Assembly: GCA_951406725.2 (NCBI GenBank)
Contig: OX597836.1
Coordinates: 22,630,001-22,694,000 of the forward strand
DNA length: 64,000 bases
Direction: 5' to 3'
DNA from: Octopus vulgaris
Lineage: Eukaryota
A program made the position numbers and the translations under genes. Of the stretch, positions 51,165 through 63,769 are shown piece after piece (within the stretch, counting starts at the first letter, position 1; each line of letters begins with the position of its first letter). The notes below the pieces were generated by a model, which was given only the letters and a program-made list of their open reading frames with translations, was not told the origin of the DNA and searched no databases.

Positions 51165-52509
51165 GTGGAGCATGGGGAAATCATTACCTTGCCTGAAGAT
51201 AACTGGGGGTTGACAACAATAAGGGCCTCTGGCCATATGAAACTTTGCCCCAACGTACTCTCAAGTGACCCATCAAGCATAGAAAGGAAACCATTAAAAG
51301 AATGATTAGACAGCGTGACATAGTTTTTGTCCTTGGGTAGCAACTGTTATTTCCTATTTGCTTATCCCTAGAAAGTATGCAAAATGGCTAGTATTTCCTT
51401 CAAACTTTACTTTTGTTGCACTTATTGAAACCCCAAAGAATCCCTCTCAACACATGGTTATGATGCTTCCTCACTACTTTTTCTCATCATCAGAGATGCA
51501 CATATTGTCAGCCACTAAGGGACATGCTTAAGTGGTTATGGTCATGCAAGTGACATGTAAATCTTTGGTATTGAACAGAATATTTGCTATACTGATATTT
51601 CTGCTTTAGTAGCTCAGTACTGAATCTGTGTGAAACGTAGTGGAAAATAGGTCAGTTTCAAAACATTGATGTCCAGGTCACAAAAGCAAAATTTGAAGGG
51701 AAGGGAAGGGAAGTCATTTCCTTCAATTTCTAGACAGAAGCAAATATGAAATAACACTTACTAACCAAGGACAAAAATATATAAAATTTGTTTTTTTACA
51801 CCTAACTCTGTTAATTTATTAAAATATTGATTTCTGTCAATAACACGGCGAGTGTGGGGAGATCATTACCTTGCATGGAGACAACTGGGAGTTGACAACA
51901 GTAAGGACACCTAGCCATATGAAACTTTGCCCTGACATACTCTCAAGGAGTCCATCCAACACAGAAAGGTAGGCACCAAAACAATATTATGTTAACTTGT
52001 TATTGGAACTGTTAGAGTACCGATACCTATTACTTATATTGCTTATTATGTTTCTTTATATTTAACTCTGTTAATCTATTAAGATATTGATCTGTGTCAA
52101 TAAATATTCTTCTCCAATATTTTCTTTCCTTTGTTTGTGTTCTGCTTTCTCTCTACTTCATTCCTCAATATTTTTATTCCGTTCTTTGATCTCGTTCTCT
52201 TATCTCAGTGATTTTGTCTTTATTTTATTTTGTTTTTTGTATTTTTTTTATGTATCATGACATTAATGGTTTTTTATTAATTCCCCCGTTATTCTGTGGC
52301 TGCTTCGCTACAGTTTTCTTATCTAAATTTAATGCAAATTTCCCAAATGAATTTCTGCACTGCATAAAACTTTTCAAACTGTTTGTTCTGTATTAATATA
52401 GTCGATGTTTCTGTCAACCCTTGGTGATTAATAAAGAATAGTAATAATAATAAGAATAATAATAATAATAATAACAGGAACAACAACAATAGTAATAATG
52501 ATAAATATA

Positions 52510-52706
52510 GACACAGGGCATGAGTTTTGGGGGAGCGGATAGTCGATTACATCGACCCCAGTATTTAACTGGTACTTATTTCCTTGACCCCAAAATGATG
52601 AAAGGCAAAGTTGACCTCAGCAGAATTTGAACTCAAAGCATAAAGACGGACAAAATGCCGCTAAACATTTTGTCCAATTTGCTAAGAATTCTGCCAGCTC
52701 ACCACC

Positions 52707-52762
<56 letters not shown>

Positions 52763-53232
52763 TATAATAATAATGATGATAATGGTTTCAAATTTTGGTG
52801 TAAGGCTAGTAGTTTCAAGGGAGAGGGTGAAAGTCGATTACATTGACCCACTATCCAACTGGTACCTGTTTTCTCAACACTGAAAGGATGAAAGACAAAG
52901 TCAACCTCAGCAGAATTTGAACTCAAAACATAAAGGCAGACAAAATGCAGAGAAGCATTTTGTCCAATGTGCTAACAGTTGGCTCGCTGCCATAAATAAT
53001 AATGATATTGATTTCAAATTTTGGCTCAAGACCAGAAATTTTGAGGGTGGGGGTTAAGTTAATTACATCGACCTCAGTAGTCAACTAGTACTTATTTTGT
53101 CACCCCCGCCCCCCAAAAAGGATGACAGCAAAGTCAACCTCAGGGGAACCTGAACTCAAAATGTAAAGACAGACAAAATACCATCAAACATTTTTACCCA
53201 GCTTGCTAACGATTCTGCCAGTGCACCACCTA
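52510..53232 (-). mobile_element. Three tandem SINE B copies separated by (AAT)n
   Basis: Family B core at about 52510-52708, 52781-52992 and 53007-53232. Confidence 0.85.
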
Positions 53233-53371
53233 ACATTTTAGTAATATTAAGTACTATAACATACTGGAAAAATTCTTGATTCATTAAAGTCATCTCTGAT
53301 TCCAGTGAAGGTTGAACAATCACTCAGTAGCAAATGGTACAAGGACCAAATGCAAAGAAGATAATCTCAAG

Positions 53372-53555
53372 AATCATCATCATCATCATTGTTTAGTGTC
53401 CGCTTTCCATGCTAGCATGGGTTGGACGGTTCAACAGGGGTCTGGGAAGCCTGAAGGCTGCACCAGGCCCAATCTTATGTGGCAATGTTTCTATGGCTGG
53501 ATGCCCTTCCTAACGCCAACCACTCTGTGAGTGTAGTGGGTGCTTTTTACATGCA
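53372..53555 (-). mobile_element. RTE-type 3' UTR fragment
   Basis: GGATGCCCTTCCTAACGCCAACC; (CAT)n on plus. Confidence 0.8.
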
Positions 53556-53559
53556 ATAA

Positions 53560-53600
<41 letters not shown>

Positions 53601-53919
53601 TACATATACGCATATATACAATGGGCTTCTTGTAGTGGGACTGAACCCCAAGCTGTGTAGTTGGGAAGTAAGCTTCTTACCTCACGCCTGTGCCTATGTG
53701 CATATACATGTAGTAGTAGTAGTAGTAGTAGTAGTAGTTGTTGTTGTTGTTGTTGTTGTTGTCGTCATTGTTATTGTTGTTGAACTTCCTCTGTTCTATT
53801 GATATGATCAATGGTGTCTTGTTGCAACATCTACCAACATGAAAGTTTCATTTACATATCTCTGGTTTTGCATACTGTGAAATGTGGGTGTGCATATACA
53901 TCCACAGAATCATATCTTA

Positions 53920-53952
<33 letters not shown>

Positions 53953-54610
53953 TTAATGGCTGCTGCTGCTGATGATGATATAAAATATGATTCAGCTTTG
54001 TGTGTGTATTTGTTATATATAATTATATGCGTGCGTGTGTGTGCATGTGTGTGTGTGTAATCATATATATATATATAATTTTCTTCTGTATAATTATATA
54101 TATCTAATTGCACACATATACACATATTTTTACACACAAATAAACAAGCACACACATATTTTTTTTTTTTATTTTATCTAGTTTCAGCTCACAAGCTGTG
54201 GCCATGCTGGGGCACCGCCATTTAAAAGGAAAGCCAGAAGCCGGCGGGATTTGAACTCCCAACTAAAGGATCTGGAACTACAACATACGGCTTCGCACAT
54301 GATCCGGTTATTTACCCTAACTGCCACCGTCGCAGCCATATATGTACACACATACACACATATACTTACATCCATATATAAAAACCTACTTATATTGGCA
54401 GAGTTATTAGAATGTCAGACAGAATACTTCATGGTATTCATTCCAAATCTACGTTCTGAGTTCAAATCTCACCAGGGCCTACTTGGGTGGTAGACTTGAA
54501 ACCATTATGTGGTTTCACACCACCACCTATCACCATTAACCCTTTTGATATCAACCGGGCCAAGACTACCTCTAGTTCTATGGCACAAACTTTATGTTTT
54601 AAAGTGATGT

Positions 54611-54825
54611 AGAGGCGCAATGGCCTAGTGGTTAGGGCAGCGGACTCGCGGTCGCAGGATCGCGGTTTCGATTCTCAGACCAGGCGTTGTGTGTGTTTAT
54701 TGAGCAAAAACACCTAAAAGCTCTACGAGGCTCCGGCAGGGGGTGTTGATCCCTGCTGTACTCTTTCACCACAATGGCGGTGCCCCAGCATGGCCACAGC
54801 TCAAGAGCTGAAACTGGAAAAACAA
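54611..54825 (+). mobile_element. SINE with family C head and family A-type tail
   Basis: Head as 8321; tail GGCGGTGCCCCAGCATGGCCACAG. Confidence 0.82.
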
Positions 54826-55194
54826 AAACAAAAACAAAAAAAACTAAAAACTTTCTTCAGAATTTTATGTTAGTCTTATGCTCCAAACACCAGCTTAATG
54901 ATAACAAAACTATTTAACTAAATTAACCTACGATCTAACCACAAAGGAAAAGAATGTTCTCTAGAAAAATTCAGCAAACACTAGAACATAAGCGGGTAAG
55001 ACATATGAAAATATACAAAATAAAGAATTAATCGTAGGTGATCTATTTCTAGCATATTGGATGTCCACTTAGTGGTCATCCCTTCTTATATGCATATAAT
55101 ACAATTTTTCTGAATTTTCAGATTTTTCTATATGCTAGGCCACTGGTTTTAAATTGATGTTAATTAAATTAATATTCAATTTGAGAATTTAAAA

Positions 55195-56052
55195 AAGAAG
55201 ACCCAGCAAGCCAAGTGAGGTCGTAGTCATGACTGATACCAGTGACCCGTTATAAGTGACCCGTTTAAAAGCACCTTTCAATCGTTGGATGATATGCCAT
55301 GCTTGTGAAGACCTGTTGAACTGAGTAAGATCATAGTCATGGCTGATGCCAGAGGCATCCATGCTGATAGCACATAAAATGCATCATTTGAGTGTGGCCA
55401 ATGCCAGTGCCACCTGACTGGGACATAAAAAGCATCTTTCAAGTGTGGCCGATGCCAGTGCTGCCTGACTGGCACCCATGCCAGTGGCATGTAGAAAGCA
55501 CCATTGGAGTGTAGGCAATGCCAGTGCCACCTGACTGGCACCCATGCCAGTGGCACATAAAAAGCACCATTTGTACATAGCTGATGCTTGTGCTGCTTGA
55601 CTGGCTCCCACGCTGGTGGCATGTAAAAAGCAACCATTACACTCTCAGAGTGGAAGGTATTAGGAAGGCAGCAAGCTGGCAGAAACGTTAGCAAGCCAGG
55701 CAAAATTTCTAGCAGCATTTCGTCAGCTGTTACATTCTCAGTTCAAATTCCGCCGAGGTCGACTTTACCTTTCATCCTTTCGGGGTCAATTAAATAAGTA
55801 CCAGTTACCCACTGGGGTCGATATAATCGACTTAATCCGTTTGTCTGTCCTTGTTTGTCCTCTCTGTGTTTAGTCCCTTGTGAGTAGTAAAGAAATAGGT
55901 ATTAGGAAGAGCGTCCAGCTGTAGAAACTTTACCAAATCAGATTGTAGCCTGGTACAGCCTCCCAGCTTGCCAGTTCTCAGTCAAACTGTTCAACCCATG
56001 CCAGCATGGAAAGCGGATGTTAAACAATGACGATGACAATGATAATGATGAT
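55195..56052 (+). mobile_element. RTE-type 3' UTR with ~60 bp tandem units, interrupted by SINE B (55668-55896)
   Basis: TSD AGGTATTAGGAAG (55655-55667 / 55897-55909); GAT tail. Confidence 0.85.
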
Positions 56053-56122
56053 GCTATATACACACACATATAAAGAAAATGAGATGAAAAAGCAAAAACA
56101 CGAGTATTTTATGAACTCCATT

Positions 56123-56203
56123 AGCTTACAGCTGTTTCTGCTATAAGATCCAGTGCACTCATAGTTGAGTGCCTGAGTAACACCTTATAGCTTCATCAGA
56201 GCC
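56123..56203 (-). ncRNA. Type I hammerhead ribozyme with extended stem II
   Basis: Minus strand: GGCU-CUGAUGA-A-GCUAUAAG..GCACUCA-acua-UGAGUGC..CUUAUAGC-A-GAAA-CAGCUG-UA-AGCU. Confidence 0.8.
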
Positions 56204-56349
56204 TTGAATATAAAGCACAATTTATTTGGGAAAAGAATTACATTTATTCACATTCGTAGGGAGAAGTATTATCAATGATTAAATCAACACAGATGTTGAT
56301 AAAGAAGTGTAGATCCATGTTTAAATACACACACACACCAACGTACATG

Positions 56350-56404
<55 letters not shown>

Positions 56405-56944
56405 ATGAGTGTGCACACATGTTATGTGCATGTACAGATGCGGAATGAAGAAAGATTGCCACATCAAAGACAAAAAAATATATATATGGCAGCACTAAGT
56501 TCCATACAAGATATCTCCCTTTACTCCAAAGTGAATATGCTCTTTCATCCTTTACAAGATGAAATAAGTACCAAAATATTGGGTGGGGTTAACATGACTA
56601 ACTAAAACCTTTGACAATGGTGCTCCAGCTCGGACTGAAAAACCCATAAATGAATAAACGAATATTTATCATTTTATCATTTGTTTTCTTTATTCTTTTC
56701 CTCCTCTTCCAAACCAGACACAAAATTAATATGATTACAGTATTTGTCTCAAATAATGGCCGATGTACATGATATAAGAGACAAATGTTTTTGTTTTTTT
56801 TTCCTGTTTAACCATTTGTTGCCAGAACTATGTTCCAATTCTCTTTGGTTTTTGCTGGTGGGGGAAAAAGAGTTGTGTAATAAAATATTTTCCCCCCCAA
56901 ATCATTGTAGACTGCAAGTGATGTATACATTTATAATATTTTTT

Positions 56945-57107
56945 TGTAATATATATATATAAATAGATAGATAGATAAATAGATATGTATATCCATATAT
57001 ATATATTTAAATATATATATGTGTATATATATATATATACACATATACATATATATATATATATATATGTATGTATATACATATATACATATATATATGC
57101 ATGTGTA

Positions 57108-57143
<36 letters not shown>

Positions 57144-57238
57144 AATATATACATGCATATAGATATATACATATATATATATATACATATATATATATAA
57201 ATATATACATACATATATATATATATACATATATATAT

Positions 57239-57299
<61 letters not shown>

Positions 57300-57310
57300 A
57301 TATATATTCA
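56945..57310. repeat. (TA)n compound microsatellite
   Basis: Direct inspection. Confidence 0.95.
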
Positions 57311-57883
57311 TTTCATCTAGTTGTTATGTTATAATTTCCTGAGCTATCAATTTGCTTTAGTTTGCTAAATTTTGATGTACGTAAAAATCTATCTGACATT
57401 TCTCTTTTGACTTAATTTGTTTGTTTGTTTTAAACATTTTAGCTTTGACTCGACTCAAAATGCTCTCAAATTTAGTGTCATTACAGTGTTTCTTTCAACA
57501 CACACGTGCACAAACACACACATATATGTATGTATGTATGTATGTGTGACAAAAATGTCTTTCCGTCCTGTCTATCTTTCCCAGTTTTCAAATATCATGG
57601 TGACAAAATATATATGCGTGCAACTATGTAAAAAAGCAGGGAAAGAAACGATACAAGTAAGAAAAGCAAACCTAGTGGTCTAGAAATGTGTCAAAAAATA
57701 AACATTAATATGACATGAATGACAGAAAAATGTTAAAATCATTGAAGTTTTGTTTTTAATGATAATAAAAAAGAATGATCGAAATAATAAAAAAAAATGA
57801 ATTCAAATAAACAAAAAATATAATAAAAATTGAATAATTTGGTAATTTTCGCTAAAATATTTATAAATGAATAAAAAAGTGAA

Positions 57884-58285
57884 GGAGTAGGCTGTGTGGT
57901 AAGTAGCTTGCTAACCAACCACATGGTTCCGGGTTCAATCCCACTGCGTGGCATCTTGGGCAAGTGTCTTCTGCTATAGCCCCGGGCCGACCAATGCCTT
58001 GTGAGTGGATTTGGTAGACGGAAACTGAAAGAAGCCTGTCGTATATATGTATATATGTATATGTTTGTGTGTCTGTGTTTGTCTCCCTAGCATTATTTGA
58101 CAACCGATGCTGGTGTGTTTACGTCCCCGTTACTTAGCGGTTTGGCAAAAGAGACCGATAGAATAAGTACTGGGCTTACAAAGAATAAGTCCCGGGGTCG
58201 ATTTGCTCGACTAAAAGGCGGTGCTCCAGCATGGCCGCAGTCAAATGACTGGAAGAAGTAAAAGAGTAAAAGAGTAAGAGAGTAA
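57884..58285 (+). mobile_element. Young SINE family A
   Basis: Near-identical to 48051-48444. Confidence 0.93.
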
Positions 58286-58299
58286 AAAAGAATTCAATA

Positions 58300-58846
58300 T
58301 AGGTGCTGGTGTGGCTGTGTGGTAAGAAGCTTGCTTCTCAACCACATGGTTCTGGGTTCAATCCCACTGTGTGGTACCTACTATAGCTTTAGGCTGACCC
58401 AAGCCTTGTGAGTGGATTTGGTAGTTGGAAACTGAAAGAAGCTTGTCATATGTATTGGTGTGTGTATTTTTGTGTGTGCATTTGTGTTTGTGTGTGTGAG
58501 CATGTGTACGTGTGTATGTGTGCATGTGTATGTGCATATATATGTATATTTATGTGTGCGTGTCTTTGTGTCTGTGTTTGTCCCTCACCACCACCACTTG
58601 ACAACCAGTTGGTATTTGTTTTTCTTTTCTTTTTTACTTGTTTCAGTCATTTGACTGTGGCCATGCTGGAACACTGCCTATAGTCAAGCAAATCAACCCC
58701 AGGACTTATTCTTTGGAAGCCTAGTACTTATTCTATCAGTTTCTTTTGCCGAACTGCTAAGTTAAGGGGACATAAACACACCAGCATCGGTTGTCAAGCG
58801 ATGTTGGGGGGACAAACACAGACACACAAGCATATACACATACACA

Positions 58847-58898
<52 letters not shown>

Positions 58899-59305
58899 TA
58901 CATATATACGACAGGCTTCTTTCAGTTTCCATCTACCAAATCCACTCACAAGGCTTTGGTCAGCCTGAGGCTATAGTAGAAGAGACTTGCCCTAGGTGCC
59001 ACGCAGTGGGAATGAACCCAGAACCATGTGGTTGGTAAGCAAGCTACTTACCACTTCCATAATTTAGCAGTTTGACAAAAGAAACTGAAAGAATAAGTAC
59101 TAAGTTTACAGGGGGGGGGAGAGTACTGGGGTTAATTCATTTGACTAAATATTCTTCAAGGCAGTGCCCCAGCATGGCAGTGCCCCAGCATGGCAGTGCC
59201 CCAGCATGGCAGTGCCCCAGCATGGCAGTGCCCCAGCATGGCAGTGCCCCAGCATGGCAGTGCCCCAGCATGGCTGTGGTCTAATAACTGCAAAATGTAA
59301 AAGAT
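58300..59305 (+). mobile_element. Older SINE A interrupted by an inverted SINE A (58625-59055)
   Basis: Head at 58300-58610; body resumes at 59056 (AATTTAGCAGTTTGACAAAAG). Confidence 0.78.
59160..59271. repeat. Seven perfect copies of GGCAGTGCCCCAGCAT (16 bp)
   Basis: Direct count; the unit is the SINE A tail motif. Confidence 0.97.
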
Positions 59306-59719
59306 AAAAAAATACATGGTTGAGATAAATGAAATTTTAAAAAAAAGACAAAAAAGCAAGAAGAAAAGAATGAGAAAAATGAACTGACCTATTGAATAAA
59401 GGCCAAAGGCAGGCAGAAATCAATAAAGAATGGGGGGGAAAAAATCACAAAATTGGTCCCCTTGAGGAAGAGCAGCTGCAGTTAAACTCCAAGTCAACTC
59501 AACTGAGCAAGCTTGCAATCAAAAGCCATTCAGCCATGACAATCCTGTTGTTTTTATACTTATGAAAAAGAGCACTCAAATCTGTTGGAAATTTTTGATA
59601 ATCAAAATATTTATTCTTTTCATAAATGAAAACCTGAGAGAGTTTGAAGATTATTGTGCTTGTATTGGTGTAGTGGTAAGCAACAGTCAAAATGTTAGTT
59701 GGTCTTTGTGTGTTGCTTT

Positions 59720-60107
59720 TGCTGTTGCTGTTGCTGTTGAGCAAACAGTCTTTGTCCCAGAGCTCGCAAGATGGGAGAAGTCCGAAACATGGTCCTTTGC
59801 TATTCGTAAGACCCGCAGAAGAGAAAGCAGGTCAACCCCTGACACCAAGAGCATCGACAGATGGATGAACGCGCATCCAGGCTCAGCGGTTGCGTAGGAA
59901 GTCGGGGACAAGAAACAGGAAGAAAGAGTGAGAGAAAGTTGGAGCGAAAGAGTAAAACAGGGGTCTCCACCACCCCCTGCCGGAGCCTCGTGGAGCTTTT
60001 TAGGTGTCTTCGCTCAATAAACACACACAACGCCCAGTCTGGGAATTGAAACCGCGATCCTCCGACCGCGAGTCCGCTGCCCTAACCACTGGGCGATTGC
60101 GCCTCCA
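59720..60107 (-). mobile_element. SINE family C with (CAGCAA)n tail
   Basis: Matches 8321-8740; TSD TGCTTTTGCTGTT. Confidence 0.9.
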
Positions 60108-60604
60108 CTGCTTTTGCTGTTCGTCCATTGTGGGTAGCTGCTGGTTGTGCTACTATCTTGGGATGTCTCTTGTTCATTGTCTGTTCATTGCTTTTGTGTT
60201 GTTCCAGCTCTTGTATCAGTTTCCATCTGTCATTTGTCTCAGAGGTATGAGCTGTGCTGAATATACAGTGGTGGTCTTGGTTAGAAAGAAGCATGCCAAA
60301 AGATGAAATTGCTGTTGGGGCCAATTCCATGCAGAGTCTTGATTGGTCAAATATTTGTTTTAATGTTGGTAATATTCCAATGAATCATAACATCGGATAA
60401 AGTAATCTAATTGCTAAATATTCCAGCTACATATCTCTGAGGGCAACATAGTCTAATGTATCCTTCACTTAATAAAATGATAGCATATTTTTGAGGGAAA
60501 TTTGGTTGCTATTTCTAATAGGACAAGTGACTAAATAGAGGATGACACTTTGGTTCAAATTTCCTCTTGTTTGCTGGACTCTGTTCATAATATTTAAAGT
60601 AGTG

Positions 60605-60912
60605 TCATCATCATCATCATCATCATTGTTCGACCGTGGTCGAGACAATGGTATTTACCATGCTATACCAGACTTCACGGTCTATCATGGCATTACGGAG
60701 GTCCTGTTGCTGGATGCCTGTATCCCTGGAGATTACATCAGAGTAGGAGAGTGTGCGCCCTCTGGTATTGTGAGTAGATGGCTTCCAGAGGAGAAGAGTA
60801 GAAATTACCTAGTTTTCAGCTCTACAACAATGTCCAGCAAACTGGACTCTTCTACCTTTCACAAGAGATGACACAGGTGGTAGTTTCCCATATATTTGCA
60901 TTTTGGTTGTGT
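60605..60912 (-). mobile_element. RTE-type LINE 3' end (same family as 41771-42040)
   Basis: Reverse-complement match; reads TKMQIYGKLPPVSSLVKGRRVQFAGHC. Confidence 0.88.
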
Positions 60913-61002
60913 CAGTTCAGTGCTGGCAGTAGTGATAGCGATGATAGTGCTGTTTTCATTGCTGGTGGTGGTGCTAGTAATGTTGTTATGTTTGTTAGTG
61001 TG

Positions 61003-61315
61003 AAAGTGCATGGCTTAGTGGTCAGGGCATTTGGCTCCCAATCGTAATGATATGAGTTCAATTCCCAGTGACACATCATATCCCTGAGCAAGAAGCTTTC
61101 TTTAGCATTGCTCCAGTTCACTCAGCTGGCAAAAATGAATTGTACCTGTAATTCTTACTGCTAGCTTTGACACATTCTGTGTTACACTGAATCTACATGG
61201 GAACAATGTTAAGGGTACACATGTCTGTGGAGTGCTCAACCACATTAATTTCACGAGCCAGCTATTCCATTGATCAGCTCAACTGGAACCTTCATCATTG
61301 TAACTGACCAAGTGT
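61003..61315 (+). mobile_element. SINE family G
   Basis: TGGCTTAGTGGTCAG, GAGTTCAATTCCC, CCTGAGCAAG, CTCCAGTTCACTCAGCTGG. Confidence 0.72.
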
Positions 61316-61919
61316 CAGGCTGTTTCTGTTGGTGGCAGTGGTGGTGAAGGTGGTGGCAGTAATGTGGTGTTGTCGGAGATGAAGTTGATGATGTTGGCAG
61401 TGATAGTGCAGCAGCTATTGTGGAGGTGGTGGTGATATTGGTAGTGGTGGTCATAGAATGTTGGTTATGATGGTGGTGCTAATGCTGGTTGTAGTAATAT
61501 TGGTAACGATGTAGTTGTGACGGTGGTGGAAGTGGTGCTAATGTTGTTGGTGATAGTGATAGTGCTTTTTACGGTGATGATGGTGGTGATGTAGTGGTGG
61601 TGATGGTTAAGGGGTAGTGATGGTCATGTGGTGCTGATGGTTGTGTGGTGGCAATGGTTGTGAAGTGCTGTTGTGGTAGTTATTATGGCAATAATAATGA
61701 TGATATTGTTGATAGTGATGGCTATGGTGTTATTGTTCTTGATAGTGTCATTGGAGTTGTTGTTGGTGTGCTGGTGATGTTATTGTTGTTGATATGGTGG
61801 TACCGGTATTGGTGGAGGTAGTAGTGGTGTTTAGAGGTTGTGCTTTTCATTTGGATTAAATCCCAAAGTTTATAGAACGCTGAAGCTTTTGGTGTAATCT
61901 GGATAGGGAAAGACAAAAG

Positions 61920-61953
<34 letters not shown>

Positions 61954-62244
61954 GACAGAGACAGAGATAGAGAGACAGACAGAGACAGAGAACTGAGAGA
62001 GAGAGAGAGCCAGACAAGAAGAAGAAAGAGTTGGGGAGAGAAAGAGGTTTGAGAAGGAAAGAAAGCCTTATAGACATAGAGAACAAGAGGAAGTGAGAGA
62101 GAGGGAGAGAGTGAGAAGGAAGATAAATAAAAATTAATTATAAAAGGATTAAAAACTGATTTTTAAAAAATAGAAAAACAAACTCATTGATTAGATTTCA
62201 ACTATTTGAAGAAGAAATATTTCTAATTAGTTTTCTGCTGCTGC

Positions 62245-62306
<62 letters not shown>

Positions 62307-62505
62307 TTGTTGTTGATGATGATGATGATCATCATTTAATTATTTGATTATTTGTTAATGTATTCATTTGTTATTTGAAACTATGATTGAGACTTGGAAA
62401 AGAAATGGGTTTTTTTCCTCTTGTTTATTTGTAGTTTGTTGTTATTCCTGCAATGTGTTAAAAGGGACAGATTAGATGTTGGTAGACTAGTCATAGTATA
62501 TAGAT

Positions 62506-62912
62506 AAGTGGGTGGAACCCAGTTATGGCAGTCAGACAATTTCTGCAACCACATCTCCCCTAACATCTGACCACCTAACTCCCCAGACTGCAACCCCTTT
62601 GATTATTATGTGTGGGGTGCAGTTGAGTAAGAGACCAACAAAACTTCTTGTGACACCAAAGATGAACTGAAGGCAAGGATTATGGCAGCATTCACCAACT
62701 TAAACAAGGAGACCATCAAGAAGAGTTGCAGGAGATTCCGAAGTCGTCTGGAGGCTGTGGTTGAAGCCAATGGCGATTTTATTAAATAAATTTGCTCTTT
62801 GGTATTTCAAGATAATTTTATATAATTTTGGTAAATATATTTGTTAAAATGAGATATCAGTGTTATTTTCATTTTTGCATAATTTAAACGACAGTTTAAT
62901 CATCGCAGCCTG
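62506..62912 (+). mobile_element. maT/DD37D-like 3' fragment, same family as 4214-5506
   Basis: Colinear with the reverse complement of 4214-4610; ends in CCTG|TA. Confidence 0.88.
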
Positions 62913-62946
62913 TATATTTATATATATATAAAACAGGATGTGTGTG

Positions 62947-62981
<35 letters not shown>

Positions 62982-63726
62982 GAGTGTGTATGTGTGTGTG
63001 TGTGCATTTTCCTTATGCATTCGAAAACTTAGTTGTTGATTTTGATGCAGGAATATCAAAAGGTTCAGTAATCTTTGGGCTACCATATAAATGTTATTTT
63101 CGTTTACATATTTGCATTACAAAAATTTTAACATTATAATCTTTCTATAAGTCAACTGTCGTAAACGACATTTTATACCACCACCACCACCACCATGACG
63201 TCACATCTATATCTATATATTATCAGACGTCTGTGTATTTGTATGTTTGTGCATAATGTCAATGATGGAGTAAGAGGGGAAAGAAAGAAACAGAGGAGCA
63301 AAGTGAGGAAGTGGCTCTTTACTTCTCCCCCTTCGCCACAATGTTTTTCGATAGAGGGTGAAATGTAAATAGTGTGTGTGAGTGATTTAGAAAGAGAGAG
63401 AGAGAGAGAGAGTGAAAGAAACAAACATAAACTAAAAGAGGAGAACTATTATAGAGGGTGAGAGAGAATATGTGTGAACAAGAGAAACACAGAAGGAGAA
63501 AAAGACAGAGACAAGAGAAAGAAACAGAGAGTGATAAGTTTCTACAGGAAAAGTTGAAAGAGAGAGGGATAGCAGGAGAGAGAGACAGAGAGACAGAGAG
63601 AAAGAGAGAGACAGAGAGAGAGAGCTGCTGATGTTTGATACTGTATGTATGTTCTATAAGTGAAGTTCAAAGAAAGTTGGCACAAAGAGAGGAGGAGAGC
63701 AAGAGAGAAAGAGATGTTGACGTTTG

Positions 63727-63769
<43 letters not shown>

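Noticed and set aside
51804-52103. ~40 bp direct repeat TAACTCTGTTAAT.TATTAA.ATATTGAT.TGTCAATAA as an LTR or TSD
   Set aside because: Long for a TSD and short for an LTR; most simply a local duplication in AT-rich decayed repeat
59499-60330. Minus-strand ORFs flanking SINE C as a GIY-YIG or host exon
   Set aside because: Only a vague resemblance (SET..R..LEQH); no convincing motif or splice support
41771-60912. Two RTE fragments seeming to share an identical 5' truncation point
   Set aside because: The 60605 copy extends further upstream in frame (TKMQIYG), so the truncations differ
63196-63203. CRE palindrome TGACGTCA
   Set aside because: One 8-mer is expected by chance in 64 kb; no promoter context
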